Below, piece after piece: positions 62,036 to 64,000 of a DNA stretch of 64,000 nucleotides. Numbering within the stretch: position 1 is the first letter of the stretch; every line of letters begins with the position of its first letter. The notes beneath the pieces were generated by a model. That model saw nothing but the letters and a program-made list of their open reading frames with translations, did not search any database and had not been told where the DNA came from. Source of the stretch: Octopus bimaculoides (Eukaryota); the NCBI RefSeq assembly GCF_001194135.2, contig NC_068983.1, positions 78,870,996-78,934,995 on the forward strand. Reading direction: 5' to 3'. Position numbers and translations under genes: made by a program.

Positions 62036-63008
62036 CAGGGTGCCCACAAAAGTCTTTAAACAATTCCAAAAAGTCATTATAGAAAACTTAGAAGAGGTGG
62101 CAACTAAATTTTTGTTGCATATTAATATGCTATCATTAAAGTTTGTTTATAATGATATTAATAGCTTTATTAATGTTATGTCTTTATGTTTCAGACACCA
62201 ATTAATGTTGTTTTTATGTTTCAGACAACAGCTACTCCACATGAAATGCACAATGTGCCTTGGTTTATCAAAACAAAGTCGGATGTACAAACACAAAGAA
62301 ATTATAGAGCTAAATATGGTAAACAAGCTACAGCATAAGTAATTTGTGGAAAGGAGGATGGTGTCATATAAACCAAGGTCAGGAAAGCCAAGAACATCTG
62401 AAGAAGATACTGACCATAACCACCTGTCATTTCAACTTGCCCCAACTAAGTCTATCTGTATTCCACTCAAGTGCAACTACTAACATCAACAATTCATAAA
62501 GTGTTCCTTTTTAAAAAGCTGAGGCTTTATGCAAATAAAATTCAGTAATTGCAAGCTATTAAGGTAAATGGAATGCCTCAATGAAAAGAATTTGTTATCA
62601 TTATCCAGCAAAAGTTGAAGATGATGATTTCCTTAATTGCTTTACTTATGAGACAAGCTTCTATGTGTCTGGAAAATTTAACAACCATAAGGCAGGAATT
62701 TGGGGATCAGAAAATTCCCACGTTACTTGAAAAATTGAACATGACAGCTTGAAGGTCAGAATGTGCTGATAGATTTTGAGCAACAAAGTTAGTTTTTTGG
62801 GGTTTTTTTGGAAACAATAACAGTTGATACTTACCTTGATTGTCTAAAAGAATACAATGTGTCACAACTAGGAAAGCTCCATCCAAATGCCACCTTTCAG
62901 CAAGATGGAGCACTGCCTCACTGAGGAGCAAACGTCCATGGAGTTTTAAATAAGATGTCTCCAGATTGTTGGATAGCAAGAGGTAAACTGATTCCTTGGA
63001 TCCCTCTT
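62036..63008 (+). mobile_element. DD41D (rosa-type) Tc1/mariner transposon, 3'-truncated
   Basis: Terminal cagggtgcccacaaaag; KPRSGKPRTSEED; TYLDCLKEYNVSQLGKLHPNATFQQDGALPH*GANVHGVLNKMSPDCWIARG..PW. The FQQDGAxPH...WIGRG...WP signature is typical of DD41D; the third D is not present because the copy is truncated. Confidence 0.8.
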
Positions 63009-63019
63009 TATTTCACAGA

Positions 63020-63835
63020 CTTAACACCCATACACTTTTCTTGTGTGACTATACAAAAGATATTGTGTATCACACTTAAATAATTGACTTACATGGCCTT
63101 GAGCAAAGAATAACTGCCTAGACTTGAAAGAAATGAAGCTAGTATGATCCACTGGATGTATAATGTCAGTGTGCACACACGACAGCATGTAAGCATCCTG
63201 AGAGAAATGTTGGACATGAGAAGCATCAGATGTGGTGTGCAAGAGTGACAACTGTGCTGGTATGCAAGAGGAGAGCTGTGTGAAGAAGTGTCACTCCCTA
63301 GCAGTGGAAGGAACTCACAGAAGAGGGAGATCCAGGAAGACATGGGATGAGGAGTGAAGCATGACCTTCGAACGTTGGGGCCTCACAGACACAATGACGA
63401 AAGACCGAGACCGCTGGAGAAATGTTGTGATTGAGAAGACCTGGCAAGTAAAGTGAGATCACAGCAGTAGCCTATACCAGTGTCGCATAACCAGCCCATT
63501 TAAAAAATACCTTTGAATTGTTGGATGACACCATGCTTAAGGAGACCAATTGAATCAAGCAAAATCAAAATCAAAAATCAAATCACAATCAAATGGAAAT
63601 TGTAGTTGTGGCCGATGCCAGTGCTAACTGACTAGCTCTCATGCTGGTGGCACACAATAAGCACCATTCATGTGTGGATCATTGTCAGTGCTGCCTGACT
63701 GGCTCCCTGTGCCAGTGCACATAAAAGCACCATCAGAATGTGGTCGATTCCAACCCCCCACCCCAACTGGCTCCTGTACCGGTAGCACCTAAAAAGCACC
63801 ATCTGAACATGGCCTATGCCAGTTTCACCTGACTG
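63020..63835 (+). mobile_element. RTE 3' fragment truncating the DD41D element
   Basis: aggcttgaaagaaatgaagctag-like start, LREMLDMRSIRCGVQE, ...GRSRKTWDE, followed by RTE 3' UTR motifs. Confidence 0.8.
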
Positions 63836-64000
63836 CAGAATTTTGTCAGTGAACAGGTCGCGGTCTCAAAGCAACGAAAATATTTTGACAAATTAAATTT
63901 AAATGTGGAAGTGAATCTAACGGACTTTGTGCGTTATTTTAAATGGCTTATAAACACCTTCCACACTGCAATTGTTCTATATGTATATATATATATATAT

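Noticed and set aside
62915-62940. CTGAGGA-GC-AAAC-GTC as a hammerhead
   Set aside because: No stem II, and it lies inside DD41D transposase coding sequence.

Overview
This is eukaryotic, very AT-rich, microsatellite-saturated draft-assembly DNA with 12 N gaps, most flanked by (TA)n/(CA)n. The repeat set (several tRNA-derived SINE families, RTE LINEs with (GAT)n tails, mariners) matches what I recall from Octopus genomes; that assignment is inference from memory, not a search result. I found no recognisable intact host gene, rRNA, true tRNA or CRISPR array, and most ORF-track entries are microsatellite, N-run or antisense-transposon artefacts. The window is a graveyard of mobile elements: Penelope-like elements (PLEs) of several lineages, RTE and R4/Dong-type LINEs, DD34D/DD37D/DD41D and Tc1-type transposons, a Buster/Charlie-type hAT and a young solo LTR. 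The most interesting parts are: (1) three different PLE families abutting at 8.95-13.4 kb with the same head-to-head inverted layout; (2) four minimal type-I hammerhead ribozyme folds (plus two weaker remnants), one of them about 60 nt downstream of a tRNA-like Pol III head; (3) two ~340-bp fold-back palindromes and a 77-nt pre-miRNA-sized hairpin; (4) a CpG-rich 416-bp solo LTR splitting a mariner. All translations and base-pairings were done by hand and coordinates of decayed elements are approximate.
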